From NCBI GenBank assembly GCA_027625095.1, contig JAQBXN010000005.1:22959-86958 (forward strand): 64,000 bases of DNA, in the 5' to 3' direction. A program made the translations under genes and the position numbers. The stretch is from Planctomycetota bacterium (lineage in GTDB: Bacteria; Planctomycetota; PUPC01; JACPCR01). The notes under the pieces are model-generated. The model was given only the letters and a program-made list of their open reading frames with translations. It was not told where the DNA came from and made no database searches. This document shows, piece after piece, positions 45,085-55,071 of the stretch (position 1 is the stretch's first letter; every line of letters begins with the position of its first letter).

Positions 45085-45975
45085 CTAAGCTCTTGGATGC
45101 GCTTTATCGTAGAGTTTTCGCAGGCGTTCAGTAGTCACGTGCGCGTACACCTGGGTGGCGGCCAGGCTCGAATGCCCGAGCAGTTCCTGCACCGAGCGAA
45201 GGTCGGCGCCGTTGTCCAGCAGATGCGTGGCAAAGGTGTGACGTAACGTGTGCGGGCTGATTTTGTTTGAAAGGCCGCATTGGGCGATATACACATCCAA
45301 CATCCGCCGAACGCTTCGGTCAGAAAGCCGCGTCCACGACTTGTTGAGGAATAAGGCGTTCTCATCTCTGCGGTCAACCGGGCACTGCAGGCCGCGTGAT
45401 TGGAGGTAAGCCTTGATCGCGTTCAGCGCGTGTGGGCCGACAGGTACCTGCCTTTCCTTTTTGCCCTTGCCGCGTGCTATCAACACTTCGCTGATGAAAT
45501 CTATATTGTCGATGTTGAGACCTGTGAGCTCCGAGATGCGAAGCCCGGAACTGTAGAAGGTCTCGAGGATGGCGCGGTCACGCCGGCCCTTGAGAGTGAC
45601 CTTGTCCGGTGCTTCAAGCAGGCCCAGTATTTCCTCGCTCGACAAAAAGTTTGGAAGCTTGCGTTCACGTTTGGGGCTGCGAACCATGTCGAGCGGATTG
45701 TGCTTGCAAAGCTGTTCCCGAATGAGGTAACGATAGAAGGCTCGAAGGGATGAAAGCTTTCGATTAATCGTGGTCTTCGAGCAGGAGTTTTCGCGCAGAT
45801 GTGCCAGGAAACGGCGAAGTTTAAGATGGCTCACTTCGTCAGGATGAAATTCCACATCGTATCCAAGGAACTGATGAAACTGCCGAAGATCGGAACTGTA
45901 GGCCCGGAGCGTATGTTCGGAAACGTTCTTTTCCGTTTCGAGATATTCCAGAAAACGGTCAATGAAGTCGTCCAT
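45085..45975 (-). CDS. Tyrosine recombinase XerC/XerD
   Basis: Start placed at ATG 45973-45975 (MDDFIDRFLEYLETEKNVSEHTLRAYSSDL). The longer ORF-track start (46149) would overlap the upstream gene by 76 nt. Catalytic region: HTLRHTFATHLLDNGADLRSVQELLGHSSLAATQVYAHV. Confidence 0.9.
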   Translation of the reverse strand: MDDFIDRFLEYLETEKNVSEHTLRAYSSDLRQFHQFLGYDVEFHPDEVSHLKLRRFLAHLRENSCSKTTINRKLSSLRAFYRYLIREQLCKHNPLDMVRSPKRERKLPNFLSSEEILGLLEAPDKVTLKGRRDRAILETFYSSGLRISELTGLNIDNIDFISEVLIARGKGKKERQVPVGPHALNAIKAYLQSRGLQCPVDRRDENALFLNKSWTRLSDRSVRRMLDVYIAQCGLSNKISPHTLRHTFATHLLDNGADLRSVQELLGHSSLAATQVYAHVTTERLRKLYDKAHPRA

Positions 45976-46073
45976 GCGGTGAAGCTGAAACAGGGAACAG
46001 ATGACAGGACGGCGCAACATGGGCCGGCACATGACAACAGCCGAAGCATACCACGCTTTGCGTTTGACTTGGC

Positions 46074-47204
46074 CTAATCGCCAAGGCGCATCCCCGAATA
46101 CTTTTCCACACCATCCCAATCGATTTTTATACCCAGGCCGGGCTCGCATGGAATCTTCAGAAGCCCTTCTTCATCGAGGGTGAATGGCTGGGTGACAATT
46201 TCCTCGATATACGGCGAAGGGGTTAAATACTCGACCCACCGGGCCACGGGCATCGCCGCACTCAGTTGCAGATCCGCCGCCAGACCGACCGCGGTATTCC
46301 AGCCGTGGGGCACGAGGAGAATGTTGTGATCGTAGGCTTGCCAGGAGATGCGTCTCATCTCACTCAAGCCGCCAACTTTTGTGACATCGGGCTGAATGTA
46401 ATCTACAGCACCGCGCTCGATCCAAGGCATGAAGCTCTGACGACGAGTCAGCACCTCACCAGTCGTGATCGGCAGCGGGGCATGATCCCTGAGCCGGGCA
46501 AAGCCTTCGATATCGTCCGGTGGCAACGCCTCTTCAAACCAGGTGATGTCATAATCCGCCAGCATCTTTGAAGTCTGCAGGGCCCACTTGTAACCTTGGG
46601 GCCAGTATTGTTCGCTGCCGCCAGCATCCACCATGAGCTCAACGTCAGGGCCTACTGTCTGGCGAGCAGTCTTGACAAGAGCTTCATCCATTTTGGACGA
46701 AACACGTCCAAACGGGTTCCAGCCCATCTTTATGGCTTTAAATCCGCGGGCAACTACGGCCTCGAGCTTGGGGCCGAGCAATTCAGGTTCTTCAAAAAGT
46801 ATCGAGCCGTAAGGCTTGATTCGATCTCGATAGATACCCCCAAGCAGGCGTGAGACGGGCTGCCCGGTTGCTTTGCCCAGGATGTCCCACAGAGCGATGT
46901 CGATGCCGCTGATGGCGTGGGCAACGGTACCTCCCCTGCCCTGCCAGAAGGTGCTCTGGTGCAGTTTTTCTGAAATCCGTTCAGGCTCGAGCGCGTTTTC
47001 ACCGATGAAATAAGGACGCATCAGTTTCAACGCTCCCCTGACCAGAGTTTCGCTGGTAAAGACGGAGCCAATCCCCGTGATACCCTCATCCGTGCGGACC
47101 TGGATGAGGGTCATCAAGTTTTCATCGGGATCCATTCCCTGATCCCAACCGGTATCAGGCGTCCTGCCATAAAGTGGAATAGGTGTGACTTCTGTAATCT
47201 TCAT
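46074..47204 (-). CDS. Enolase-superfamily enzyme (mandelate racemase/muconate lactonising enzyme family, sugar-acid dehydratase-like)
   Basis: 376 aa. MKITEV...DEGITGIG capping domain, AISGIDIALWDILGKATGQPVSRLLGG, and metal-ligand blocks (LMVDAGG, WFEEALPPDD, YIQPDVTKVGG). Confidence 0.85.
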   Translation of the reverse strand: MKITEVTPIPLYGRTPDTGWDQGMDPDENLMTLIQVRTDEGITGIGSVFTSETLVRGALKLMRPYFIGENALEPERISEKLHQSTFWQGRGGTVAHAISGIDIALWDILGKATGQPVSRLLGGIYRDRIKPYGSILFEEPELLGPKLEAVVARGFKAIKMGWNPFGRVSSKMDEALVKTARQTVGPDVELMVDAGGSEQYWPQGYKWALQTSKMLADYDITWFEEALPPDDIEGFARLRDHAPLPITTGEVLTRRQSFMPWIERGAVDYIQPDVTKVGGLSEMRRISWQAYDHNILLVPHGWNTAVGLAADLQLSAAMPVARWVEYLTPSPYIEEIVTQPFTLDEEGLLKIPCEPGLGIKIDWDGVEKYSGMRLGD

Positions 47205-47911
47205 TCTGTGGTTTCGGGCTGGGGAGTTTTCTCAGGAATTTCGGAACGGGTGCTGCCTTCCTCGGATGCCTTTTCCATTGGCTCGCCCTCCTTCACTACC
47301 AGGACAACTTTGCCATCCTTCACTTCCAGCCGCTCGATACGTACGAGGTTCTTCCTTGTCTTTTCATCGATTTTCACATCAGCAGCCAGGTTCTTCCCTT
47401 TGATTGCGACCATGAATCGGTCGGGCAGAGGTTTACCGTTTACCTCCACAGAGTCCAAATACGCCTCCAACTCTCCATGCTTGATTCCCACGCTGATTGA
47501 CGCCTGGCCATTCAGATAACGGCCGCCGGCTAAGGGCACCCCATCCTCCAGTTTCACACTGATTTGGCCCTTAATCTGGCCCCCTTCAATGGTCACGTAA
47601 ACTTTGCCGGCGAGTTCCTTTTCTTTTGAGATCAGGGCATTGACATCGTCCTGTGAAAGAACCAGAGAACTGGCGTTCCCCGACTCAATCCTGCTCTTGA
47701 AACTTTCGAGTCGCGCAACGAGTTCCTGACGTTCTGCTTCCGTCACTTCATTGGTGGTAATGCTGGCGGGGGTCTCTTGAGTATAAGTTTCCACCGTACT
47801 CTTGACATAGAGATAGGCCCCAATCGAAGTCATGATTGCGAGCAGAATCATGCCCCCACAGCCAACCAGTAAACAGGTTACAAAATTTGGTTGTTTCTCG
47901 GCCATGACCAA
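47201..47911 (-). CDS. Hypothetical N-terminally membrane-anchored protein
   Basis: 236 aa with a single TM (FVTCLLVGCGGMILLAIMTSIGAYLYV), followed by a soluble domain and an acidic tail. Its stop overlaps the downstream gene start by 4 nt. Confidence 0.5.
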   Translation of the reverse strand: MVMAEKQPNFVTCLLVGCGGMILLAIMTSIGAYLYVKSTVETYTQETPASITTNEVTEAERQELVARLESFKSRIESGNASSLVLSQDDVNALISKEKELAGKVYVTIEGGQIKGQISVKLEDGVPLAGGRYLNGQASISVGIKHGELEAYLDSVEVNGKPLPDRFMVAIKGKNLAADVKIDEKTRKNLVRIERLEVKDGKVVLVVKEGEPMEKASEEGSTRSEIPEKTPQPETTE

Positions 47912-47938
47912 CCTCTCGTGGTGCTGAATAATGACTGC

Positions 47939-50110
47939 CTAAGCCAACAGCTCAAGCCCTGCTACTTCGGGATCCAGTCTCTTGACTCCGGATTTTTGAA
48001 ACCGAATTTTCAATTGTTCACCGAAATTACCATATTCGACATCCACAACCGTCCCTACACCGAAGTGATGATGTCTCACCCGATCTCCAATCTCGAAGAC
48101 CAGGTCACTGTCGCTTCCGAAATCCCCCTCGTCTTCATTTAGAGCATTCTCCTCATGAATCAGGTCCTCCGGAATTTCCCTCAAAAATCTTGAAGACATG
48201 TTGTTGAAGTATTGGCCGAACTGCCTGCGTTCCTGCGCGCACGAAATGAACAGGCGGCTCTCAGCCCTGGTAATACCGACGTAGGCGAGCCGGCGTTCCT
48301 CCTCCACTTTTTCGAGGCTCTCCATGGAATTCATGTGCGGCAGCAGCCCCTCTTCCATCCCTATAAGAAACACCACGGGGTATTCCAAACCCTTTGCAAG
48401 ATGAAGGGTCATCAGGGTCACTCTGGCCTGGGTCTCATCATAAGAATCCAGTTGCTGGACAAGCACTGATTGTTCGAGGAATCCCCGAACATCGCCGTCC
48501 GGATATGCTTGATCGTAAGCCTCCGCAGCAGAGATCAGCTCGAGGACATTCTCGATTCTGTCATCTGATTTTTCATCATTCGAATTCTCAAGAAACTCAA
48601 CGTATTTCGTCAGATCGAGCACCCGTTGAAAAAACGCAGCAACCGGCTTCAGCGGCACTCCCGTCAGAGTGTCATAGAGTGCGGCAAATTTCTGGGCTGC
48701 ATTCACGGCACGTTTGCTTAGACCGATGGCCGCCGAAGTCTTGAGTGCGTCGAGTATCGTGCCTTCGCTGGATTCCGCGTAATCTATCAGCGATTCGATT
48801 GTGGCCTGGCCAATACCGCGTGTGGGCACGTTGATGATCCGGCGGAGGCTGACACTGTCTCTGGGATTTACTACACAGCGGACGTAGGCCAGAACGTCCT
48901 TGACCTCCTTGCGTTCATAAAAGGCCACTCCGCCGACAATCACGTACGGAATTTCATCACGAATCAACGATTGCTCTAACACGCGCGACTGCGCATTCGT
49001 GCGATAAAAGATCGCGATATCTGAGTAGTTGAACTGACTGCCCTGAGCCAATTCTTTGATTCTTTCCGCTACGAGATCGGCTTCGTGGGTTTCGTCCTCG
49101 CAATTCATCCTGGTCAGGAGCTGGCCATCTTCGTTTTCGGTCCACAGACTCTTTTCTTTTCGCTGTTTGTTGTTCTGGATGACCGAGTTTGCCGCGGCGA
49201 GGATGGTCTTTGTCGAACGGTAATTCTGCTCCAGTCTAACAACTTTGGACTCAGGATAATCTTCTTCAAAAGCCAGGATGTTCTTGATATCGGCTCCCCG
49301 CCAACTGTAGATGGACTGATCCGGATCTCCGGTGACATGCAAATTCCGATGCCGGGCGGCGAGCATCTGGGCCAGATAATATTGTGCCCGGTTGGTATCC
49401 TGATATTCATCAATCAACACAAAACGAAACTGCTGCTGCAATCGTTCCAGCACCTCATCGCAGTCGACCATCACCTGCAGAAATTTGACCAGCAGATCGT
49501 CGAAATCCAGCGCGTTATTCTGCTCCAGGAGTTTTTCGTAATGGCGGTAGACTGATGCCGCTATTCGGCCGTAGTAATCGGTTTCTCTTTTACCGAATTC
49601 CTCAGGATTCAGGAGTTCGTTTTTCGCCCGGCTGATAGTGGCGGCGAGGCTGGACGGAGCAAAGTTGGCTGTATCGACATCGACTTTCTTTATCGCCTCT
49701 TTTACAAGCTTAAGCCGGTCGTCTTCATCAAAGATGGTGAACGTGTTTTCACGGCCGATTCGATTGATGTATTGCCGCAGCATCCGTGCCCCGAAAGAAT
49801 GAAACGTGGAAACATTCAGCCGGCCCTCAGGCACCATTGCTTCGACCCGCTTTCTCATTTCCCCTGCAGCCTTGTTCGTAAAAGTAATGGCCAGAATCTG
49901 GGAAGGCCGCACACCCTGGCTGATCAGATAAGTCACCCGCCGGGTCACCACTCGGGTCTTTCCACTGCCGGCACCGGCGAGCACAAGCAAAGGTCCTTCA
50001 ACATGTTTAATCGCCTCTGCCTGCGCCGGATTGACGTCCTGAAGAATACGTTCGAGGGGGATAGTTGAATGCATTGAAGGCTGGCAGATCAGCAGTAGGA
50101 ACAGCCACAC
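47939..50110 (-). CDS. ATP-dependent DNA helicase, UvrD/PcrA/Rep family
   Basis: The likely start is ATG 50074 (MHSTIPLERIL...). Helicase motifs: AGAGSGKT, TFTNKAAGEM, VLIDEYQDTN, GDPDQSIYSWRGA, YRS. C-terminal Tudor-like tail. Confidence 0.92.
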   Translation of the reverse strand: MWLFLLLICQPSMHSTIPLERILQDVNPAQAEAIKHVEGPLLVLAGAGSGKTRVVTRRVTYLISQGVRPSQILAITFTNKAAGEMRKRVEAMVPEGRLNVSTFHSFGARMLRQYINRIGRENTFTIFDEDDRLKLVKEAIKKVDVDTANFAPSSLAATISRAKNELLNPEEFGKRETDYYGRIAASVYRHYEKLLEQNNALDFDDLLVKFLQVMVDCDEVLERLQQQFRFVLIDEYQDTNRAQYYLAQMLAARHRNLHVTGDPDQSIYSWRGADIKNILAFEEDYPESKVVRLEQNYRSTKTILAAANSVIQNNKQRKEKSLWTENEDGQLLTRMNCEDETHEADLVAERIKELAQGSQFNYSDIAIFYRTNAQSRVLEQSLIRDEIPYVIVGGVAFYERKEVKDVLAYVRCVVNPRDSVSLRRIINVPTRGIGQATIESLIDYAESSEGTILDALKTSAAIGLSKRAVNAAQKFAALYDTLTGVPLKPVAAFFQRVLDLTKYVEFLENSNDEKSDDRIENVLELISAAEAYDQAYPDGDVRGFLEQSVLVQQLDSYDETQARVTLMTLHLAKGLEYPVVFLIGMEEGLLPHMNSMESLEKVEEERRLAYVGITRAESRLFISCAQERRQFGQYFNNMSSRFLREIPEDLIHEENALNEDEGDFGSDSDLVFEIGDRVRHHHFGVGTVVDVEYGNFGEQLKIRFQKSGVKRLDPEVAGLELLA

Positions 50111-50433
50111 TGGCTGTCAGATCGGGCGGGACGCCTGTCCCACAGAAGGCGTCAAACAGGCAGGAAACTGCCAATGAGAGAATCTAGCACAACCATCAGG
50201 TTGGACAAGCAAGGCTTCCCATAGGACACCGGCCGATACCTGTCGGTGAGGTCACCCCAACACTGCCACCGGCGAAACCGGCAAGCACATTTCCTCCGCT
50301 GTCGATCGGCATCCCCACCGGCCCGCATTGAGGCATACGGCATTGAAAAGAGTGCGAAGCAGACTCAGCCGAACTCTAGTAGAGTTGCGCAAGAATTCGC
50401 TTAACAAGTTCCAGGGAAGGAGATTGGGCCAAG

Positions 50434-52656
50434 GTGGAATACGCCGAAATCGTTCTGAACCGCCCCATGCGGCAAAGCTACCATTACCGAGTGCCTGAGC
50501 GCCTGCGTCCAGCGCTATGCCCGGGCAAGCGGGTGCTCATTTCGTTCGGAAAAAAGAACGATGCAGAGGGTTACTGCGTAGGCCTGGTTGATAAGGTCAA
50601 CTTCCCTCCCGAAAAGATAAAAGACATAATTGGGGTTCTGGATAAAGAGCCGTTGCTCACCCCGGTGATGCTGGCACTCACCCGGCAGGTTGCCGAGCAT
50701 TACTGCTGTTCCTGGGGCGAAGTTATTCAGGCCACGGTGCCGAGCGGCGTTCGAAGGACCGTCAGTGAGAAGACGATTAAAGTGGTTAAGCTTTTGATGC
50801 CGCTCGAAAACGTCAAAGCATTCGTCTTCGAACATCGCGGGAAAAAAAAAGACAAGCAGGCACGAGTGCTTCGAGTGCTGGCGGAGGAGATTCAGGGCGA
50901 CATTACACCGTTCGAACTAAGTTCGATCTGTGCGGTGAGCAGAGGCGTTATCAACAAACTTCGTAGCGACGGGCATGTTGAATACGAAGAGCGAGTAGTA
51001 GAAAAGGATCTGTTTGAAGCGCCGGCGGAAAAAGAATCACATCTTGAACTGAACGAAGAACAGCAGGCGGCACTCGATCACACGCTGCGGGCAGTCCATT
51101 CGGGGAGTTTCAGCGTCACTCTCCTTCAAGGAGTCACCGGTAGCGGTAAGACAGAAGTTTATCTTCAGGCCATCGAGGAAGTCATCAGCTCAGGCAAACA
51201 GGCGATCGTGATGGTTCCGGAAATCTCACTTACCCCTCAGATGGTACAGCGTTTTCGGGCACGGTTTGATGGCGTGGCCGTTTTGCACAGCCGGCAGACT
51301 GAAGCGCAGCGAAGGGAGCAGTGGAATGGAATACGAGATGGCAAAGCGACGGTGGTTATTGGTCCTCGCTCAGCCGTATTCGCTCCGGTGCCCGCGCTCG
51401 GTTTGCTTGTAATCGATGAGGAACACGAGAACAGTTTTAAACAGGATTCATCCCCGCGTTACAACGGACGAGATGTTGCCATCATGCGCGGCAAATTGGA
51501 AAACGCAGTCGTACTGCTCGGCTCAGCGACCCCTTCTCTGGAGTCGTTTATCAACTGCCGAACGGGCAAGTTTGATCGGGTGCTGCTAACTAAACGTGTC
51601 GCAGAACGACCCATGCCGCCTGTTCATATCGTGGACATGAACCTGGAACTTGAGGGGGCCAAGTATTGGAATTTTTTGTCCCGGCCTTTAACAGTACGCA
51701 TGAAGGAAACACTGGAGCGGGATGAACAGGTGCTGCTGTTCCTCAATCGCCGCGGCTTTTCAACCCAGGTGAGGTGCCCACGATGCAGACACCAGCTTGG
51801 TTGCAACCAGTGTGACACCCTGATGACCTATTATCAGGTTCGACATCTTGCAGTTTGCCTTCATTGTCGTCAGGAGATGGTTCCGCCCGAGTTGTGTCCT
51901 TCGTGCGGTGTTGGTCGTATGCGCTACCTTGGCATAGGTACTGAAAAAATTGAGGAAGAGGTAAAAAGACAGTTCCCTGAATTTCCAGTGGCTCGGATGG
52001 ACAGCGATACCATGCGGGGTCATGACGCCTACGAAAAACAGTTCGCAAAATTCAGGGAGGGAAAGACGCGAATCCTTGTCGGGACACAGATGATTTCAAA
52101 AGGGCTTGATATGCCAAACGTCACGCTGGTCGGGGTGATTTCAGCAGATACTTCGCTCAATCTTGGCGACTTCCGTGCCTTTGAACGAACTTTTCAACTG
52201 GTCGCCCAGGTGGCTGGAAGAGCGGGCCGCGGCACCAAGCCGGGTCAGGTCGTAGTTCAGACTTTTTCTCCCGAACATCACGCGATTACCATGGCCGCGG
52301 AACATGACTTTGAAAGGTTCGCCGCAAAGGAGAGTGAAGACCGGAAGGCTCTCCTGTCCCCACCGTTTTCGAGAAGCATGCGAATCATTTTCAGTGGCCT
52401 GCATGAAAAGGAGGTCGAGGATTTCAGCGAAAAAGTGGGCGAGAATCTTCGCAAAATAGCACCTGATGCAGTCACGTTCTTAGGCCCGGCGCCCTGTCTT
52501 CTGAGCAAAGTGCGTAACATGTATCGCTTCCACATGATGGGCTTTGCACCCAAGGTGGGAATGATCCGATACCTGGCCAGTTCACTGGACCCGGTACTTG
52601 GAAGAAAACGCAAAGTGGAGGTGGCTCTGGATGTGGATCCCGTAAATATGTTCTGA
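50434..52656 (+). CDS. priA: Primosomal protein N' (replication restart helicase PriA)
   Basis: 740 aa with a GTG start. GVTGSGKTEVY Walker A, DEEH box, and a Cys-rich zinc-binding insertion (CPRCRHQLGCNQCD...CLHCRQE...CPSCG). Confidence 0.95.
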   Translation: MEYAEIVLNRPMRQSYHYRVPERLRPALCPGKRVLISFGKKNDAEGYCVGLVDKVNFPPEKIKDIIGVLDKEPLLTPVMLALTRQVAEHYCCSWGEVIQATVPSGVRRTVSEKTIKVVKLLMPLENVKAFVFEHRGKKKDKQARVLRVLAEEIQGDITPFELSSICAVSRGVINKLRSDGHVEYEERVVEKDLFEAPAEKESHLELNEEQQAALDHTLRAVHSGSFSVTLLQGVTGSGKTEVYLQAIEEVISSGKQAIVMVPEISLTPQMVQRFRARFDGVAVLHSRQTEAQRREQWNGIRDGKATVVIGPRSAVFAPVPALGLLVIDEEHENSFKQDSSPRYNGRDVAIMRGKLENAVVLLGSATPSLESFINCRTGKFDRVLLTKRVAERPMPPVHIVDMNLELEGAKYWNFLSRPLTVRMKETLERDEQVLLFLNRRGFSTQVRCPRCRHQLGCNQCDTLMTYYQVRHLAVCLHCRQEMVPPELCPSCGVGRMRYLGIGTEKIEEEVKRQFPEFPVARMDSDTMRGHDAYEKQFAKFREGKTRILVGTQMISKGLDMPNVTLVGVISADTSLNLGDFRAFERTFQLVAQVAGRAGRGTKPGQVVVQTFSPEHHAITMAAEHDFERFAAKESEDRKALLSPPFSRSMRIIFSGLHEKEVEDFSEKVGENLRKIAPDAVTFLGPAPCLLSKVRNMYRFHMMGFAPKVGMIRYLASSLDPVLGRKRKVEVALDVDPVNMF

Positions 52657-52661
52657 TTGCC

Positions 52662-53651
52662 TCAGCCATATCTGCAGGGAAAGTATTTGTCGGCAGGGAT
52701 GCGTTTAAGGAGTTCAGCCTCACAGAATTTCAACATATCGGACTCTATTTCCTCCTGGTAAGAAATCATTCCACCGTGGCTGTAGGCCGCTGCGGCAAAG
52801 AGCTTTTCTTTCGGGTATAGCTTTACGACAGTCTCATGGACCGCTTTGGGTAAGCGGAAGGGCCCCATGCTGGCGGAATGGAGTTGTTGAACATCAACAA
52901 CACTGAATACCTCCTCATAGAGTCGAGTGTAATCCTCGCGGTAACCGGAGTTGAAAATAATGGGGTCAAAACGGAGTCCGACAGGCCACCCGTAATCCTG
53001 AAGTTGCTTAATGGCTTCGATTCGACGTCGGAGAGGAGGCGCCTTGTCTTCGTACTGTTCACCGATCCTCGCCGGCGTGAGGCTATAGGCAACAATAACG
53101 TTCGGAAGAGGGGGATGTGCCAGAAGCGGCTTAAGGTTGACGCTTTTTGTTCGCAGTTCGAAAAGCGCTGCTGAATTTTTCTGAAACAGGGGAAGGAAGT
53201 CAGCAGTGAAACTGGTGACCGATTCGAAAGCGAGGCTGTCGCAGTCATAGCCCGTGAAAAAACAGGTGTCGTTTTCAATATTGACTATGCGATCTACCTC
53301 AAACTGAAAATCCTCATAGTTCACGAAGAGAACATAATGTGCCGATTGATACATGCCCTGCAGAAAGCAATACCGGCAATCATACGGGCAATTGAGCATG
53401 TGCGAGAAGTAGTAGTTTCTGCTACTCCCGATGCCGTAACCTTCCGGTGTACCGAGTACGAAATGGTCATGCTTGTTCGCCAGAATCAGCGCAGGCCACT
53501 GCTTTTGAAGTCTAAAATTTTGGCTGCGCCGATTAAATACTTCGCCGTATCGCCCGCAGGGGATTCGGACTGCCTTCGGGAATCGATCGCAGATGTCCTG
53601 AACACGGGGGTGTTCTGAGATGGCCTCTTCTATGTAGATGGTGTGAACCAT
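52662..53651 (-). CDS. Radical SAM enzyme, spore-photoproduct-lyase (SplB)-like family
   Basis: 329 aa. CPYDCRYC (CxxxCxxC) cluster motif inside NCPYDCRYCFLQGMY, which is typical of SplB/COG1533-type proteins. Confidence 0.7.
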   Translation of the reverse strand: MVHTIYIEEAISEHPRVQDICDRFPKAVRIPCGRYGEVFNRRSQNFRLQKQWPALILANKHDHFVLGTPEGYGIGSSRNYYFSHMLNCPYDCRYCFLQGMYQSAHYVLFVNYEDFQFEVDRIVNIENDTCFFTGYDCDSLAFESVTSFTADFLPLFQKNSAALFELRTKSVNLKPLLAHPPLPNVIVAYSLTPARIGEQYEDKAPPLRRRIEAIKQLQDYGWPVGLRFDPIIFNSGYREDYTRLYEEVFSVVDVQQLHSASMGPFRLPKAVHETVVKLYPKEKLFAAAAYSHGGMISYQEEIESDMLKFCEAELLKRIPADKYFPCRYG

Positions 53652-53659
53652 AATTCTAT

Positions 53660-54511
53660 TCAGCTCACTCGCGCGGATAAGGAATCGACATGCCTGATAA
53701 GTTCCTTCAGCACGTCGCCCGCGCCAGGCGTATTGAAGTTGAGGTCCGGCGGCCCAACTCCTGGAGCAAGGGTCTCAATTCGCCTCATAATTTTCACCAA
53801 TTGATGTTTCTCATATGTGGTGAAATGAAATCTGGTTAATAGTGAATCAATGAATTGACTACTTTCCGACTCATGCGACAGACTGTTTCGAATTTCTTTC
53901 AACTGCTCAATCAGGTCTGAAAGGGTTTCGAGATGAGCAGCTACGAATTCCTCTATCTCCGACAACTGAAGGTGCTGGATGCCCGTCGAGAGATTGTCCG
54001 AAACTATCTTGAAACAATGCACGAGCTCGGCAGTACTGAATCGCATCGCCGCGTTGATGAAACCGGATGCTTCCATTTCGTACAAATCCTCCGACTGGAA
54101 TTCTTTCTCAGTTGAATTCACCGTGCGAACAGATCGCGTGACGCATGGAGTCTCGAACAGAATACTTGGATACCACGTCTTGCCGAGGGCATGATCCGTC
54201 ACCTTGTGCACAAGGGAACCTGTTCCTTGGGGCAAATTTCTATGACCACATACGCCGACATTCATCCAGATGTTCGGGGTCAGACTTGAGTTTCTACCTT
54301 CCAGCCATCCTGCTGCAGTACCGGCATTCAGTTTCCCGATACCACAGACAATGAGAGTGGCATAGTCCGACTCGTAAATGGGCATAACTTCGCCTGGCAC
54401 GGCCTTGAGACCGAAGTGCTTTACAATCGGACGTGCCTCACAACTGAGGGCGACCACGATATAAACCATAAGGGTTTGCGTTAAGAATTGTTGAGATCCA
54501 GAGGCCGTCAA
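53660..54511 (-). CDS. Nucleoside phosphorylase/nucleosidase superfamily (PNP_UDP_1, MTA/SAH-nucleosidase-like) protein with helical C-terminal extension
   Basis: The likely start is ATG 54469 (MVYIVVALSCEARPIVKHFGL). GIGKLNAGTAA and MEASGF blocks resemble the Pfs/MqnB-type fold. About 100 extra C-terminal residues. Lies 8 nt upstream of the radical SAM gene. Confidence 0.55.
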   Translation of the reverse strand: MTASGSQQFLTQTLMVYIVVALSCEARPIVKHFGLKAVPGEVMPIYESDYATLIVCGIGKLNAGTAAGWLEGRNSSLTPNIWMNVGVCGHRNLPQGTGSLVHKVTDHALGKTWYPSILFETPCVTRSVRTVNSTEKEFQSEDLYEMEASGFINAAMRFSTAELVHCFKIVSDNLSTGIQHLQLSEIEEFVAAHLETLSDLIEQLKEIRNSLSHESESSQFIDSLLTRFHFTTYEKHQLVKIMRRIETLAPGVGPPDLNFNTPGAGDVLKELIRHVDSLSARVS

Positions 54512-54659
54512 ACCAGCGTTACCGGTGCACTTTTCAGAAGTTTGACATTCCTGCCGGGATACTGTCTTCTAACGAGTGATGCGTATATTCGCCTTGATCG
54601 TCATGGCGTGAGCCGTTTTTTCCAGTGATTCGTTATCTGATTGGTTTTGGAGGGATGTT

Positions 54660-54989
54660 ATGGACCATGGGGAGCTTTACTCTGAAAGGGTTTTGGCCGG
54701 AAGAAGAACTTATTATTTGGATGTTAAAGAGAATACAGCCAACGATCTCTATCTGGTTATCAGTGAATCCAGGCCAAAGGGAGACGGGACGTATGAGAGA
54801 ACCAGGATCGTCATTTACGAAGAGCATGTATCAGCATTAAATAAGGCATTTAAGAATGCGGTGAGATTTATGATGTTTCAGGATGATGAACGCGAAAAAT
54901 CGGATTACGAAGGGAGGGAGCCTCACAGCAGAGCACCAGACAATCCTGTCCACGATAACGATTACGAAGACTTCGATGAAGAATCCTGA
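54660..54989 (+). CDS. Bacterial Pur-alpha-like (DUF3276) nucleic-acid-binding protein
   Basis: 109 aa. ELYSERVLAGRRTYYLDVKENTANDLYLVISESR...RTRIVIYEEHVSALNKAF matches the DUF3276/PUR repeat pattern as I recall it. Acidic tail. Confidence 0.7.
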   Translation: MDHGELYSERVLAGRRTYYLDVKENTANDLYLVISESRPKGDGTYERTRIVIYEEHVSALNKAFKNAVRFMMFQDDEREKSDYEGREPHSRAPDNPVHDNDYEDFDEES

Positions 54990-55071
54990 TCACTGAAGCC
55001 ACCCATGTATCAAGTGCCTGCTCGATGAGAGAGCTTTCTATTTTATGAAATTACTATTCAGGAGTGTTTAG

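Noticed and set aside
45085-46149. Tyrosine recombinase as an integrase marking a mobile element or prophage
   Set aside because: Its length (about 297 aa from ATG 45975), the N-terminal SAM-like domain and the C-terminal HxLRHTFATHLL...GHSSLxxTQVYxHV match housekeeping XerC/XerD. No flanking phage genes, tRNA or direct repeats were seen.
50842-50850. A9 homopolymer in priA as a phase-variation tract
   Set aside because: It encodes an in-frame KKK in a linker of an essential replication-restart gene, and nothing indicates a frameshift. It is most likely incidental.
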